Positions 36,685-47,072 of a stretch of 64,000 nt of DNA are shown here, one piece after another. The notes under the pieces are model-generated. The model saw only the letters and a list, made by a program, of their open reading frames with translations, made no database searches and was not told the DNA's origin. The position numbers were made by a program, and so were the translations under genes. Positions within the stretch are counted from its first letter, which is position 1; each line of letters opens with the position of its first letter. The stretch is from a virus, in the IMG/VR virus record IMGVR_UViG_3300010403_000002, positions 12,216-76,215 of that record. One strand, written 5' to 3'.

Positions 36685-37034
36685 ATGTAGCATTCTTAGA
36701 CACGCTAGGGTTGATTGGGCAAATTGCGGCTGGCTTTCTGCCGCCTGGGATCAGTAGCAAGGTTGCCAATGCTATCAACCTCGCCATTGCTGGCATTCAT
36801 GACGTTCAGTCGGAGATCGCAAACGAAGCGCGCTTGCGTGGTATTCCGCCTGAACAGCTACACGCTCAATTGATTGCTGAGAATGATGCGCTGATGGCTG
36901 AGAGCGGCCAAGAAAGCGTAGCGCAGCACATCCGGGATCGGATTGCTGAGACTCAAAGGACGACGCCACCTGTCGCACCGCAGACTGTTCAAAAAACGCA
37001 AGGGCGAAAGGCGGCGCGCAAAAAGAGCAAGTAG
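36681..37034 (+). CDS. Hypothetical lysis-cluster protein
   Basis: ATGA coupling to the lipoprotein gene. Confidence 0.45.
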   Translation: MNVAFLDTLGLIGQIAAGFLPPGISSKVANAINLAIAGIHDVQSEIANEARLRGIPPEQLHAQLIAENDALMAESGQESVAQHIRDRIAETQRTTPPVAPQTVQKTQGRKAARKKSK

Positions 37035-37164
37035 CACGCTGCTGAAACCTGGCCCGCACTCTCCGCAAGGATTGATGTGGGGTCTCACAATTCATAAGGG
37101 TTCTCTTCGGAGCGCCGAACTTGTACACGCTAGGATTCGTGTGCGCGTTCGGCCTTCTGTTTTT

Positions 37165-37725
37165 ATGGCTCGCTCATCTCATTACATCCAACTGCCCAAC
37201 GGCTCACGCTCGACCATCAGCGCCAAACGCTGGCAGGCTTACGTTGCCGCCGGCTTACTGGTCGTAGTTGATCAAGCACAGCGCCGCGCTCGCTTGCGTG
37301 ATTCGCTCGTGCAGGCGCGGGTGGTGGCTGGCGAAATGGAACTCTTTGAGGTAGGCGCGCGGGTGAAGACGAACGCGGAGGTGATTGACCGCCTCTGGTT
37401 ACTCTCGGAAGCCGGTCGTCAGAACCTCAGCGAGGCAGAGCAACACCGCGTTGCCGCTATCCGCCGGCAGTACGGTGAAGACACGCGCCAATCGCGGCGT
37501 AGTGACGCACCGGGCACGCGCGCTGCTGTCGCAGAGTATCTGGCTGACCAGCGCAAGCGTCGCATTCAGGCTGAATTGATCCGCTCAACGCGCACACAGA
37601 TCGTAGTGCGGCGGGAACTGCTGGGCGCTAAACCGGAACTGGAGAAGGAGATTTATGCACGCGAGGCTGACACTGACAATCTGCTTGCTACTACTGCTGA
37701 CTGTCCCCGCCCTGGCACAGCTTAA
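37165..37725 (+). CDS. Hypothetical protein
   Basis: Start placed at ATG 37165, after a hairpin/U-tract. Confidence 0.45.
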   Translation: MARSSHYIQLPNGSRSTISAKRWQAYVAAGLLVVVDQAQRRARLRDSLVQARVVAGEMELFEVGARVKTNAEVIDRLWLLSEAGRQNLSEAEQHRVAAIRRQYGEDTRQSRRSDAPGTRAAVAEYLADQRKRRIQAELIRSTRTQIVVRRELLGAKPELEKEIYAREADTDNLLATTADCPRPGTA

Positions 37726-38164
37726 AGGTGACTATGTCGGGTCGTATGACGGCGACCAGGTGAAAGCGACGGTGGGCGTGAAAGGCAAAACTGTGCTGCG
37801 CATCTACCGCTTGGCTGCAATAGACGCGCCCGAAGTGCGCGGCCATCAACCCGGCTGGCAAGAGTCGCGCGATGCGCTGCGCTCAGGGCTAACTGGCAAG
37901 AGCGTGACGATTACGGTGCGCGGGCGTGACACGAAATGGCGGCGACCATTGGCGGTGGTGACGGTGGATGGCGAAGACGTCGGGCTAGCGCAGGTGCTAA
38001 ATGGACACGCCTGGTTCTATCGGCAGTATGCGCGCTCACTCACGCCTGAAGAGCGCACGGCCTACGAGGCAGCCGAACTCGAAGCACGCCAACAGCATCG
38101 CGGGATTTGGCAGCAGGCGCGGCCCGTCCCACCGTGGCAGTGGCGGAAAGGAAAAGGGCGATGA
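37655..38164 (+). CDS. Thermonuclease (SNase-like) with signal peptide
   Basis: DGD...RLAAIDAPE...RDTKWRR.LA.V...V.NG.AW.Y..Y...AE.EAR...RGIW...PW.WR. Confidence 0.85.
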   Translation: MHARLTLTICLLLLLTVPALAQLKGDYVGSYDGDQVKATVGVKGKTVLRIYRLAAIDAPEVRGHQPGWQESRDALRSGLTGKSVTITVRGRDTKWRRPLAVVTVDGEDVGLAQVLNGHAWFYRQYARSLTPEERTAYEAAELEARQQHRGIWQQARPVPPWQWRKGKGR

Positions 38165-38578
38165 CGCAGGAAGAGTTTGATAACCTAGAACAGGGCGATG
38201 TCGTTAGAGTCGTGCTGACCGATGATGAGTTGGTGGTGATCGGGCAGCCTGGCTTTGGCGGTGTGGGAGCGCTGCGTACTGTTGTGGATTTGGTCAATCC
38301 GCAGGCTTTGGAACTCGTCGCTAAAGGTCGGTTCAATTTCGCGCGGCAAGGGGCTGCGGCCAAGAGGGGAGCCGTAGCTGGTTAGTCCTCTGCGGCTATT
38401 TGGCAACCGCCTTCTAGTCGCACGTCGCCATCCCGGTAGGTGATAATCTTGCCTTCCGCGCCGCAATCAAAGGTGACATCGCGGCGTGTGTCGCCATTGA
38501 TCTGTTCGTTGATTTGGTCAATCACGAAGTCCGCCCCGCAATTAGGGCAACGGGCGTCTTTCCAGCTTGCTATTGGAA

Positions 38579-38896
38579 TCATGCTTGCTCCTTATCCGTG
38601 TCCCGAAACGTGATGCTCCGCAGCGCGTTGCTCATTGTTGATTTGCTCACGCCCGCTTCTTTGGCGAGCTTCGTTACGGAATCGCCCGCACCGTTCGCCC
38701 AACGCTTGCGATAGCGCAGGACGGCTTTCATTGTGAGCTTGGCCATTGGCGCACGCTCACCGCGAAGACTGGAATACTTGGGCGCGTCTTCTGGCAAGCC
38801 TTGCGCAGTTCGCCGGTAGCGATTCATGTTGCGGCGGTTTTGAGTGCGCCGCCGCTCGCGCAATTCGGATGTGGTGTAGATTTTTGGTTTTGGCAT
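38579..38896 (-). CDS. HTH DNA-binding protein (resembles the C-terminal domain of HNH homing nucleases)
   Basis: RGERAPMAKLT...LAKEAGVSKSTMSNALR; no HNH motif. Confidence 0.5.
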   Translation of the reverse strand: MPKPKIYTTSELRERRRTQNRRNMNRYRRTAQGLPEDAPKYSSLRGERAPMAKLTMKAVLRYRKRWANGAGDSVTKLAKEAGVSKSTMSNALRSITFRDTDKEQA

Positions 38897-39023
38897 TGGA
38901 TGCTCCGGTCGCCCCGCTGCCCCGTCCGTTTGCTTCATTGCTAACGTGATAATAAGATACCACACCCTCACGAACAGTGCAAGTTTTATTTTCAGTAATC
39001 AGCAAAATTCTTTAGGAGAATTC

Positions 39024-39695
39024 GTGAAAGTTTTATTCTTGGCTTTATTGAGTCTCTGTGCTGTCTCCGTCCACGCCCAAGACCGCTACGCCGACTTGCA
39101 GCGAGGGCATCCCGGCGCAGTAGCTGAGTGCAGGCTTGATAAATCGGCGGTGTCGTCGCCGCAGCCGGTCGTGCAGTTCCAGTGCGTAGAGCGATTAGGC
39201 GAGGGCCAGTACGATTGGTTCTATTTGGAAATTGCATACGACCGCTTGCCACAATCGTGGAAAAAATCTCTATCTAGCCGGGCGTATTTCTATTTAGCGC
39301 GCGAAGGTGATGATCTGGTAACTATCCAGGCGGGGCCGCTGACGGTCTGTGATCCTGGCTATGACCGAGGCGGCTATAATCGGGCTGGCCCGCCTGCTTA
39401 TTGCAATAGCCAGTGGCTAACTCAGGCTGCTGAGCAGCACGGGATACCGCCGAAGACGGCAGAAAATACTTTGGTGATGAAGCTATCGGAGGAAACTATG
39501 GACGAACAACTCAAACTGCAAGTCGAAGTGCTCTTGAGACAATATCCAAATACGCCACTGGCGCATTATCTAAGCTGTGCCATCCAGGCCTACCAACAGC
39601 CCTCGTTCACTGAGGCGGTCACGCTGCGCAAGAACTGGCTGGAAGACGTAGGTGCCGATATACGCCGTTGGGCGCACGTCCACGCGCGAGGCTGA
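39024..39695 (+). CDS. Exported hypothetical protein
   Basis: RBS AGGAG, GTG start, KVLFLALLSLCAVSVHA-Q signal peptide. Confidence 0.5.
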   Translation: MKVLFLALLSLCAVSVHAQDRYADLQRGHPGAVAECRLDKSAVSSPQPVVQFQCVERLGEGQYDWFYLEIAYDRLPQSWKKSLSSRAYFYLAREGDDLVTIQAGPLTVCDPGYDRGGYNRAGPPAYCNSQWLTQAAEQHGIPPKTAENTLVMKLSEETMDEQLKLQVEVLLRQYPNTPLAHYLSCAIQAYQQPSFTEAVTLRKNWLEDVGADIRRWAHVHARG

Positions 39696-39696
39696 G

Positions 39697-39927
39697 ATGA
39701 ATCGTAGAGCCTTTGTACAACAGGCTTCAGTGGTGGCGGTTGGCGCGCTGCTGGTTCCAAGCTTGCCCGTGGCTGAGTCTGGCGTTGATTATGGGCGTGG
39801 CATTGAGGCTGCAATTGAATCTCAGCGCGCCATCAACACACTTAGGTCGTTTTGGATGGCTGCTGAGTCGAAGGGGGAGTTTGTGCACACGAAGCTGAAG
39901 TCTTTGGGTGCGAAGAGGATTACTTGA
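39697..39927 (+). CDS. Small protein with Tat-like signal
   Basis: MNRRAFVQQASVVAVGALLVP. Confidence 0.45.
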   Translation: MNRRAFVQQASVVAVGALLVPSLPVAESGVDYGRGIEAAIESQRAINTLRSFWMAAESKGEFVHTKLKSLGAKRIT

Positions 39928-39928
39928 G

Positions 39929-40396
39929 ATGCCAGCGCGCGGCAAAACCAAAATCAGTAAAGAGCGTAAAGCTGAGCTGGTGGCTCAACTCCCCGCCTTT
40001 GGGGGCTGCGCTGCCGCAGTTGCCCGTGAGTCAGGGATCTCGCCCGATGTGGTCGAGCGGGCCGCTCGCAATCCTGAGATAGCGGCTTTGGCGGGCATAA
40101 AAAAGGCTGAGCTTGCGGCTGGCTTCGCCTCGCTCACGCAGAAACTATTGAGCCACTACGAGTTATTGGTCGAGCGGGCCGACCTAGACAATAAAGGCAC
40201 TACGCTGCTGGGAATCGTCGCCGATAAGGCGCTGCTTTATGCTAATGAGCCGACGCAAATTACCGCTACGGCTGAAACTCTAAGGCAGCTTGCCGAGGCC
40301 AAACGTAAAGAACTGGGGGACAAAGGTTGGGAGCCCAGCAAAGCCGACGAGCTAGTCGCGCAGGTATACCCAGAGGTTTCGCCGCTCGTGCAGTGA
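39929..40396 (+). CDS. Terminase small subunit (putative)
   Basis: N-terminal HTH, helical C-terminus (LGIVADKA); GTGA overlap with the large subunit. Confidence 0.6.
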   Translation: MPARGKTKISKERKAELVAQLPAFGGCAAAVARESGISPDVVERAARNPEIAALAGIKKAELAAGFASLTQKLLSHYELLVERADLDNKGTTLLGIVADKALLYANEPTQITATAETLRQLAEAKRKELGDKGWEPSKADELVAQVYPEVSPLVQ

Positions 40397-42156
40397 CTGA
40401 GTTTGAAATTGAGTTAGAGCGAGCCAAAGCTGAGCGCGAGCGGGTGCTGGTGGCGCAGCTTGGACGCCCACGCTGGATTCCACACACTCCAACGCCGCGT
40501 CAAAAGCTCTGGCTTGACCTGGATTGCCGCGAGGCGCTGTACGGTGGAGCTGGCGGCGGCGGGAAGACAGACGCCATCCTGATGAGCCATCTGCGCTATG
40601 CAGATACTCCTGGTTATTCCGGGCTGATTATGATGCGGACCTACGCCGATCTGTCCAAGCCAAAGGCCGCGATGGATCGCATGGCCGAGTGGTTGACCGG
40701 TACAGGCGCGAGATGGTCAGGTGAAAAGAAACAGTGGCGCTTCCCATCCGGCGCGGTCATCAGCTTTGGCTACCTCGCTAGCGATCAGGACAAGTACAAC
40801 TACAAAACAGCGGAGTACCAGCAGATCACTATTGACGAGGTGACGCGCTTTCCGCTGACTGATTACGAGTTCTTGTTCTCGCGCTTGCGCCGCTTGGCCG
40901 GTAGCAATGTACCGATTCGGATGCGCCCGACCTGTAACCCGCCTGAGGCCAGTGAGCCAGGGTACTCGTGGGTTAAGGCGCGATTTATCCCGCAGGGCTG
41001 GCGACCGGCATGGGCTGAGACGACGCGCGTTTGGTGGAAAGAGGGGGAGGACGGGCGCGGGCGGAAGGTGCAACGTGCTTTCGTTCCCTCGCGCTTGGAA
41101 GACAACCCGCATCTCGATCAAGAAGCTTACGATGATTCTCTGTCCGAAATGGATAAGGCGCGCTATGCGCAGATTCGTAAAGGTGATTGGGATGCGCAGC
41201 GGCGCGGGAATATCTACAACGATTTCACCGATGGTTACAACGGCCATCACGTTATTACCTGGGAGCAGTTCGAGGCGGTCTTCGGCGTCCCTTTTATCCC
41301 GCATCACTGGAAAGGGAACATGGGGCAGGACAAAGGTTACAGTCCTGACCCCTGCGCAACGCTCTGGAATTTCACCGCAGCCGAGAATGCGCCGGTTGCG
41401 CATAGTGTACCACTCGCTGGCTCGATCTTCGTGCCCGGCATTCTGACCTGTCGAGAGAAAGGCGTGTCGCAGGTTGGCGATGCGATCATCGAGAAGGAGC
41501 AAATGCGCGGCTGGTCAGGCCAGGTCTTCGCGCGCTATCTCTCACACGAAGCCAATGAGTGGGAGGCGACCTACAAGCGGGAAAAGAAGCTGAACTTTCA
41601 GCGCTGGAAGCCGGGCGCTGATTTGGGCATTGGCCGGGTGCAGTATCAACAAGAGATCAAGCACCTGAACAAGCCGCATCCGTTCAAGCCGTGGCTGATG
41701 GGGCGACCGAATTACTACCTGGTCGTGCCGAATCAGATGCTCGACGGCTACACACCCAGCCTGGAAGACCCAGATGCTGACGAGGGCTTAGGGCTGCTGC
41801 GCGCTGAGTTTTTGGCCTATCGCTGGGTGGTGCCGAATGTAACTGAGCAGCGCGGTAGTACGAAGATCCAGCCATACGATTATTTCAATCACTATATGGA
41901 TGCGCAGCGCGGGATTGCACAGATGTGCTTTCCACTCGTCGCCCCGCGCACCCAATACGAGCAGGTGCAAGAAGCCCTTCCCCCAGGCTGGCGCGACTCT
42001 GATCTTTCAGTGCTCCCCTGGCAGGAGCGCGACCTACGCGCGCTGGCACGCCAGGAAACACTGGACGATCTCAAGCAAACCATCGCCAATCGCCACCGGC
42101 CACAGGTCTATGATGAATGTGTGACCGACAGCGGTGAGATTGACGCCTATCTATGA
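40393..42156 (+). CDS. terL: Terminase large subunit
   Basis: PTPRQ, Walker A YGGAGGGGKT, Walker B ITIDEVT, TCNP, DNPHL, GDW, nuclease-domain GQD.G and NHYMDA.R. Confidence 0.9.
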   Translation: MTEFEIELERAKAERERVLVAQLGRPRWIPHTPTPRQKLWLDLDCREALYGGAGGGGKTDAILMSHLRYADTPGYSGLIMMRTYADLSKPKAAMDRMAEWLTGTGARWSGEKKQWRFPSGAVISFGYLASDQDKYNYKTAEYQQITIDEVTRFPLTDYEFLFSRLRRLAGSNVPIRMRPTCNPPEASEPGYSWVKARFIPQGWRPAWAETTRVWWKEGEDGRGRKVQRAFVPSRLEDNPHLDQEAYDDSLSEMDKARYAQIRKGDWDAQRRGNIYNDFTDGYNGHHVITWEQFEAVFGVPFIPHHWKGNMGQDKGYSPDPCATLWNFTAAENAPVAHSVPLAGSIFVPGILTCREKGVSQVGDAIIEKEQMRGWSGQVFARYLSHEANEWEATYKREKKLNFQRWKPGADLGIGRVQYQQEIKHLNKPHPFKPWLMGRPNYYLVVPNQMLDGYTPSLEDPDADEGLGLLRAEFLAYRWVVPNVTEQRGSTKIQPYDYFNHYMDAQRGIAQMCFPLVAPRTQYEQVQEALPPGWRDSDLSVLPWQERDLRALARQETLDDLKQTIANRHRPQVYDECVTDSGEIDAYL

Positions 42157-42168
42157 AGGAGCAACACA

Positions 42169-44053
42169 ATGATTTTGATTACCGATCAAGAATTACGCGA
42201 GCGGCTGGTGGACAAGGCGCTGCCTGAGGCCCAACAGCTTTTGGAGATGACCAGATTGCGGCAGGCTGCCCGCTTGCTGGCCGATGGGCGCAAGCCAGGT
42301 GAATTGACGGCGGCTGAAGCTGAAGCTGCCAAGCGCGTGCTGACCGTCGGCCCGGTGGTGCTGAGTGATGAATATCCCAGGGTGGGCACCCCGGCTTTTG
42401 ATAACAGGGGCAATGAGGTCAAAGAAAAACTGCCGTGCTGGGATGTGGCGGAGGTGGTTAAGCCGGCAGCAAAGACTGGTGAGAGCACGCTGCCACCGCC
42501 AAAGACCGGTGATGGCAAGCTGCCACCGCCTGCTACTACTGCGCCAGGTAAACCCAAGGCGTAGCAGCTTGTGGCATGCGCGGTGTTTCTGGCCAAACTG
42601 TACGGCTTCACCATTCGGCCAGTGAATTGGGAGAAATGAGTAGTGGTCACCTTGATCCCGGTAGGCAGCGAGCCTTTTGAGCCCCCAACGTGTGAGCAAT
42701 GCAAGAGCGCAGGCGTTCGCACGCTGTTTAAGGGGCGGTGCTTGTTCTGCCTTAACAGTCAAGAAGCGCAGCAGTTTGCTGATATATGTGAACGGGTCGT
42801 GCAAGACACGGACGTTATCAAAAGGAGATAGCTATGTTTTCAGGACACGAAGAATTCAAGAATCACATTCCGTCTGGGCTGGCGATGGTCAATCACGTGA
42901 CGGACTATCTCGGCTCGACCTATCACGCGAGCGACACCACGGTCGCGGGCTGGAAGGCGACCAACAACACAGGCTTTAGTGCGCTGCACGAGGCGGACAA
43001 GGCCAGCAACCAACCAGTCAATCGGTATGTGGATAACCTGGCCGCGATGGACATTTACGACGCGACGGATATTGCGGCTAGCGATACCCGTGCGGCGGCG
43101 CAAGCTATTTTCACGGCTTACGACCCATCGCTCCCGGCTGGTTTCCACGGCTCGCGCGCTCGCTAGATGTTGACGGCTGTTCTGATTGGCGTTTGCCTGG
43201 CTGTCGCGTTCGCTGCCTGCGCATCACTCATCTGTTTTTTGCGCTCCGACCGGGATTACTGGCGCAAGGAATATCAGGCGAGAGATGCGGATGCGCGGCG
43301 GCGCGAGCTGTGGCTGTACGACCAGTTACTAGCTGTCAAAGGTTTTAGAGTGGTCGGTCAGCCTCTGACACCGCAGGCGAAAGAGCAGGCAGCATATGCG
43401 TCGGCGCTCAGTGAGGACGATCTAGCAGTCTTGCGCGACCGGCTGCGTGAGCGTGAAGAGGCGGGGCTGTGGTCGCCGCAGGAGTCACAGCAAATAGTCG
43501 AGGAAGTACAGAGCGGACGGCTGACCTTGGCAGGGGTTGAGCGGGAATTATGGACACGGCAGTTGAATCAATATCAGGGCAGCGTGGCCGGGCAAATGTG
43601 ATGAGCGGGGAAGAGATCGCCAGAGCAGTAATTGAATTAGCCCAGGAATTTTGTGGGCGCGCAGGTGCGATAGTTCCGTTGTCAGTGGAAACCGCATTGC
43701 GCGATATTCGGCACGCGTTGGAGCATGAGACTGAATTAGGGCGGGAACTCTATCGTTTGCGACAGCAAAAATGCGAGGAACTCAAGGGTGTGCAATTAGA
43801 TAGAGTCGGCTGCCTGGTATTGGCGCGTTCTCAGAAAGATGCAAACCGCCCAACTAACACAGAACAACTTAATCCGCATTCATTACCAGCCATGTCACCC
43901 AAACTGCGTGACATGGAAGTGGCAGAGCAGGCTGTCCTATCGGCGGTCTGCCTTGGTCGACCGCCTGATGAAGTCCGGCAGTTGATGGCGGAGGTGAGAT
44001 CGGCGCGCCTCCGCTGGCTGGAGTCGCTGTTGCGGCGTTCAAGGGTCGCGTAA
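42169..44053 (+). CDS. Cluster of small hypothetical genes between terminase and portal (42169-42564, 42834-43166, 43167-43601, 43601-44053)
   Basis: Co-oriented ORFs, some with clear RBS and abutting ends; no recognisable family. Confidence 0.4.
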
Positions 44054-44055
44054 GA

Positions 44056-46575
44056 ATGCAGACTGCTGCTCAACCTAACCTCGCCCCCGCGCGTGAAATA
44101 GCCGCGGCCAGAATGGAGCGGCAATTCAAGCCGCGCCGTCTGGTAGATGTCTGCAAGGAGTGGGTGCAGGAACTGCGCGCCGAGGGGGAAACCCCGGAGT
44201 GGCGAGATCGGCGACTGTATAGTCAGCGGAACGAGCTGTACTATCGCGGCTATCAACGACTGCGGCAGGCTGACCTGACCAATGCGTGGCGCATCCTTGA
44301 GCCGAAGCCGATTCATTATACATATAATGAATTTCAGTTCTGGTGCAACGTCACGAGTGCTAAATTTGTGGCGAGCCGGGTGGACTTCAGGGTCAATGGC
44401 ATTCCTGAACAGGATGTTGAAGACAAGGAAATGGCGGCGTCGAAGCTGCGCAATATCGGGCGCTATTACGACGGTAGATTCTGGAACCGCACCAAGACGC
44501 TGGACGCCAGCAAGCAGCTTCAATTCACGGGCTACCTGATCGGGTACGTGCCGTATAGTGAACGCGCGGGCGTGAAGGCTTACAAGCCAATCACGGAGCG
44601 GGTTTCGATCAAACTGGGCAAGGATGTGTATCGCTGCGCGGATTGCGGCGACGTAGGGGAGATTGATGGAAGTGGAACTTTACAACAAGAAGGTGCATGG
44701 GCTGCCGATAGTATGTCTGCCGGCGGAACCGGAGGGCTATCTACTCTGTCAGGATCAGGAAATGGGACAGGAGATTACAGTTCTCAACCTGCCTTCACTG
44801 AGACTGCTAGCACGTGTGCCCACTGCGGATCATCCAACCTCGCCGTCACCGAAATCCCCTCAGAAGAATTCGAGGTTGAAACCGGGCAGCAAGAGTACGA
44901 CGCGGGCGACGTAGAGCCGCGCCTGTTGTCCATTTATGACGTGACGTGGTTTGCGGCACTGGGGCCGGAGCGCAGTTCGCTGCTGCTGTGGGAAGAAGAC
45001 CACGACGAGGCAGATCTGCAAGCTGAGTATCCCGGCATCAAGTTGCCGGGTGGTGAGGCGCAGAACGACGGCATTCAAAAGAAAGAGCAGTTGCGTCGCT
45101 TTGAGCGTAATCCGCAAAACAAGCGCAAGACGCTGACTCGTCTCTGGGTTGAGCCGCGCCGCTATCACGACCTAGAAGAAAAAGAAGAAGTTCAGACGGT
45201 CGCAGGGATTACGTTCCCGGCTGGGACGCGCTGGTCACAAATGTTCCCGCACGGCATGCACGTGATCATGGTCGGCGACCTGATCGTAGATATTTACGCG
45301 GCGGTCAAGAATGACGACATCGTGGTAATGGATTATCACGATGTGCCGAATGGTGGGATGGCACAGGGTGTTGATGCGATGTGCGAGCCGCAGCGGGGCA
45401 TGAATACCACGATGTCGCTGCTCAACGTGTGGATGCGTCATAACGCTGCACCGCGCCAGCGCTTCAATCCCGAGTTGATTGATGCGGCTGACATCAGCGG
45501 TGATCCGAGCCGCGCCATCCCGATTAACGCTGCGAACCTGGGCTTGCGCGATGGCGCGACCATTGAAAACGCCATTTACGAGCAGCCAGGCGCGCAGATT
45601 CCGGCTGGCGTGTTTGGGCTAAAAGATGAACTGCGTGGTTCGATCCAGTTTGCCGCCAATGCTACGGAGTTTGCTGAGGGTATGCCGGGTTATGATAGTC
45701 CGACCTTTGGTGCGGCCAAACTCGGCACGAATTTATCTCAGTCTATTTCAGGCGTCGTGCTTGGCAAGTTCGCCGACTTCCGTGTCGGGATGGTCAAGCG
45801 CACGCTCAAGAAGCTCAGGGCCTATTGCTGGGATGAACGGACGGTCGAATTTGCCGGGAAGTACGGAGCAGCGGAACTACTGACGCTTTCCGGACAGGAG
45901 ATTCCTGACAGTTTCGAGATTGAAGCGGTGCCAAATTCCTGGCTGCCGCGCACGGCTGAACAGCGTCAGCAAAATCTACAAGGCCTATTGCTGGCAACGG
46001 GCGGCTGGGCTGGTTTGCTAGCAATGCCGCCTGAGATGGTGGCAGAGTTGTGCGAAACCTTTGACGTGCAACTCGACATCAATTTGATGCCGATAGCGAT
46101 TCGCACGGTGCGGCTGCGGCTTAAGCAGATGGAAGCCGCGCTGCCTGCTTTGTTGCTGGTCAATCAGCAATTGAACGCGATGGGCGCGCCGCCGGTGCAG
46201 GCGGAGGTTGATCCCATGACTGGGCAGCCAGGGCTAGCACCACTCAGTGTCGGTCAGCAGTTAGTCGAAGTCTTGCAGCCGCCGTTCAATCCGCGCGAGA
46301 AAGGCTGCGGTGAGGCGGCGGAGTATATTTCGACCTGGTTTACGACTGACGAGGGGCTGAATGCAAAGCTCGATCTAATCGAGGCAATGGGCGCATTGCA
46401 AGATTTGTACATCCAGGCCGCAGAGTTGCAGGCGGTGGTGCGGGCGGGTGTTGAGATGGCAGGACAGCCTATGCCAATGCTGGATGCGCAGAATGCGGAT
46501 GGTGCGCCGCCAAGTCAGAAGCAGAAACAGCCAGCGAAACCGCAGATGGGGGCGTTGGCGCAAACCGGAGGTTGA
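44056..46575 (+). CDS. Portal protein
   Basis: 839 aa, downstream of terL and upstream of scaffold/capsid; P22-like portal organisation with a Q/P-rich tail; CADC...CAHC zinc-ribbon loop. Confidence 0.75.
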   Translation: MQTAAQPNLAPAREIAAARMERQFKPRRLVDVCKEWVQELRAEGETPEWRDRRLYSQRNELYYRGYQRLRQADLTNAWRILEPKPIHYTYNEFQFWCNVTSAKFVASRVDFRVNGIPEQDVEDKEMAASKLRNIGRYYDGRFWNRTKTLDASKQLQFTGYLIGYVPYSERAGVKAYKPITERVSIKLGKDVYRCADCGDVGEIDGSGTLQQEGAWAADSMSAGGTGGLSTLSGSGNGTGDYSSQPAFTETASTCAHCGSSNLAVTEIPSEEFEVETGQQEYDAGDVEPRLLSIYDVTWFAALGPERSSLLLWEEDHDEADLQAEYPGIKLPGGEAQNDGIQKKEQLRRFERNPQNKRKTLTRLWVEPRRYHDLEEKEEVQTVAGITFPAGTRWSQMFPHGMHVIMVGDLIVDIYAAVKNDDIVVMDYHDVPNGGMAQGVDAMCEPQRGMNTTMSLLNVWMRHNAAPRQRFNPELIDAADISGDPSRAIPINAANLGLRDGATIENAIYEQPGAQIPAGVFGLKDELRGSIQFAANATEFAEGMPGYDSPTFGAAKLGTNLSQSISGVVLGKFADFRVGMVKRTLKKLRAYCWDERTVEFAGKYGAAELLTLSGQEIPDSFEIEAVPNSWLPRTAEQRQQNLQGLLLATGGWAGLLAMPPEMVAELCETFDVQLDINLMPIAIRTVRLRLKQMEAALPALLLVNQQLNAMGAPPVQAEVDPMTGQPGLAPLSVGQQLVEVLQPPFNPREKGCGEAAEYISTWFTTDEGLNAKLDLIEAMGALQDLYIQAAELQAVVRAGVEMAGQPMPMLDAQNADGAPPSQKQKQPAKPQMGALAQTGG
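44666..44914 (+). CDS. Nested out-of-frame ORF inside the portal zinc-ribbon loop
   Basis: RBS GGGGAG at 44656-44661; codon bias favours this frame over the portal frame across 44666-44815. Confidence 0.45.
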   Translation: MEVELYNKKVHGLPIVCLPAEPEGYLLCQDQEMGQEITVLNLPSLRLLARVPTADHPTSPSPKSPQKNSRLKPGSKSTTRAT

Positions 46576-46582
46576 GCTGCAG

Positions 46583-46882
46583 ATGCCCGAACAACAAACA
46601 TCAATCGTCCGCGTGGAAGTGGATTACGCGGAGCAGCCGAGCACGGCTTACGCGAACTACGTGTCCATCTCGCACTCGCCGACGGAACTATTCATTGATT
46701 TCTGCCTGGTCGCCCCGCCGTACACGGTCGAACCCGATAACTCAATCAAGGTGCGGGCCTTTCAGCGACTGGTGATACCGGTACAGGTAGGTGCAGGCGT
46801 GGTTGAGGCATTGCGCGCACAGCTTGCTAAGCTGGCGGAAGAGCACGAGGCGCAGCAATTCCCGGAAGAGATTGGGGAGTGA
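46583..46882 (+). CDS. DUF3467-like protein
   Basis: YANYVSISHSPTELFIDF...RLVIP motif. Confidence 0.6.
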   Translation: MPEQQTSIVRVEVDYAEQPSTAYANYVSISHSPTELFIDFCLVAPPYTVEPDNSIKVRAFQRLVIPVQVGAGVVEALRAQLAKLAEEHEAQQFPEEIGE

Positions 46883-47072
46883 TCATTACGGAGATTCAAA
46901 TTCGTGACAACCCAAGAAATCGTCATTGATCTGTGCGGCGCACCATTAAGTCAAGCCGCGCTGGACTATATTACCCAGACAGTCAGGCAATCGGCAGAGG
47001 ACGCATCTGTGACTATCGTGTTGGGTCATGTGCCATCAGAGGGGTTTCCACGTTTAGGTCTTGTGGCAGACG

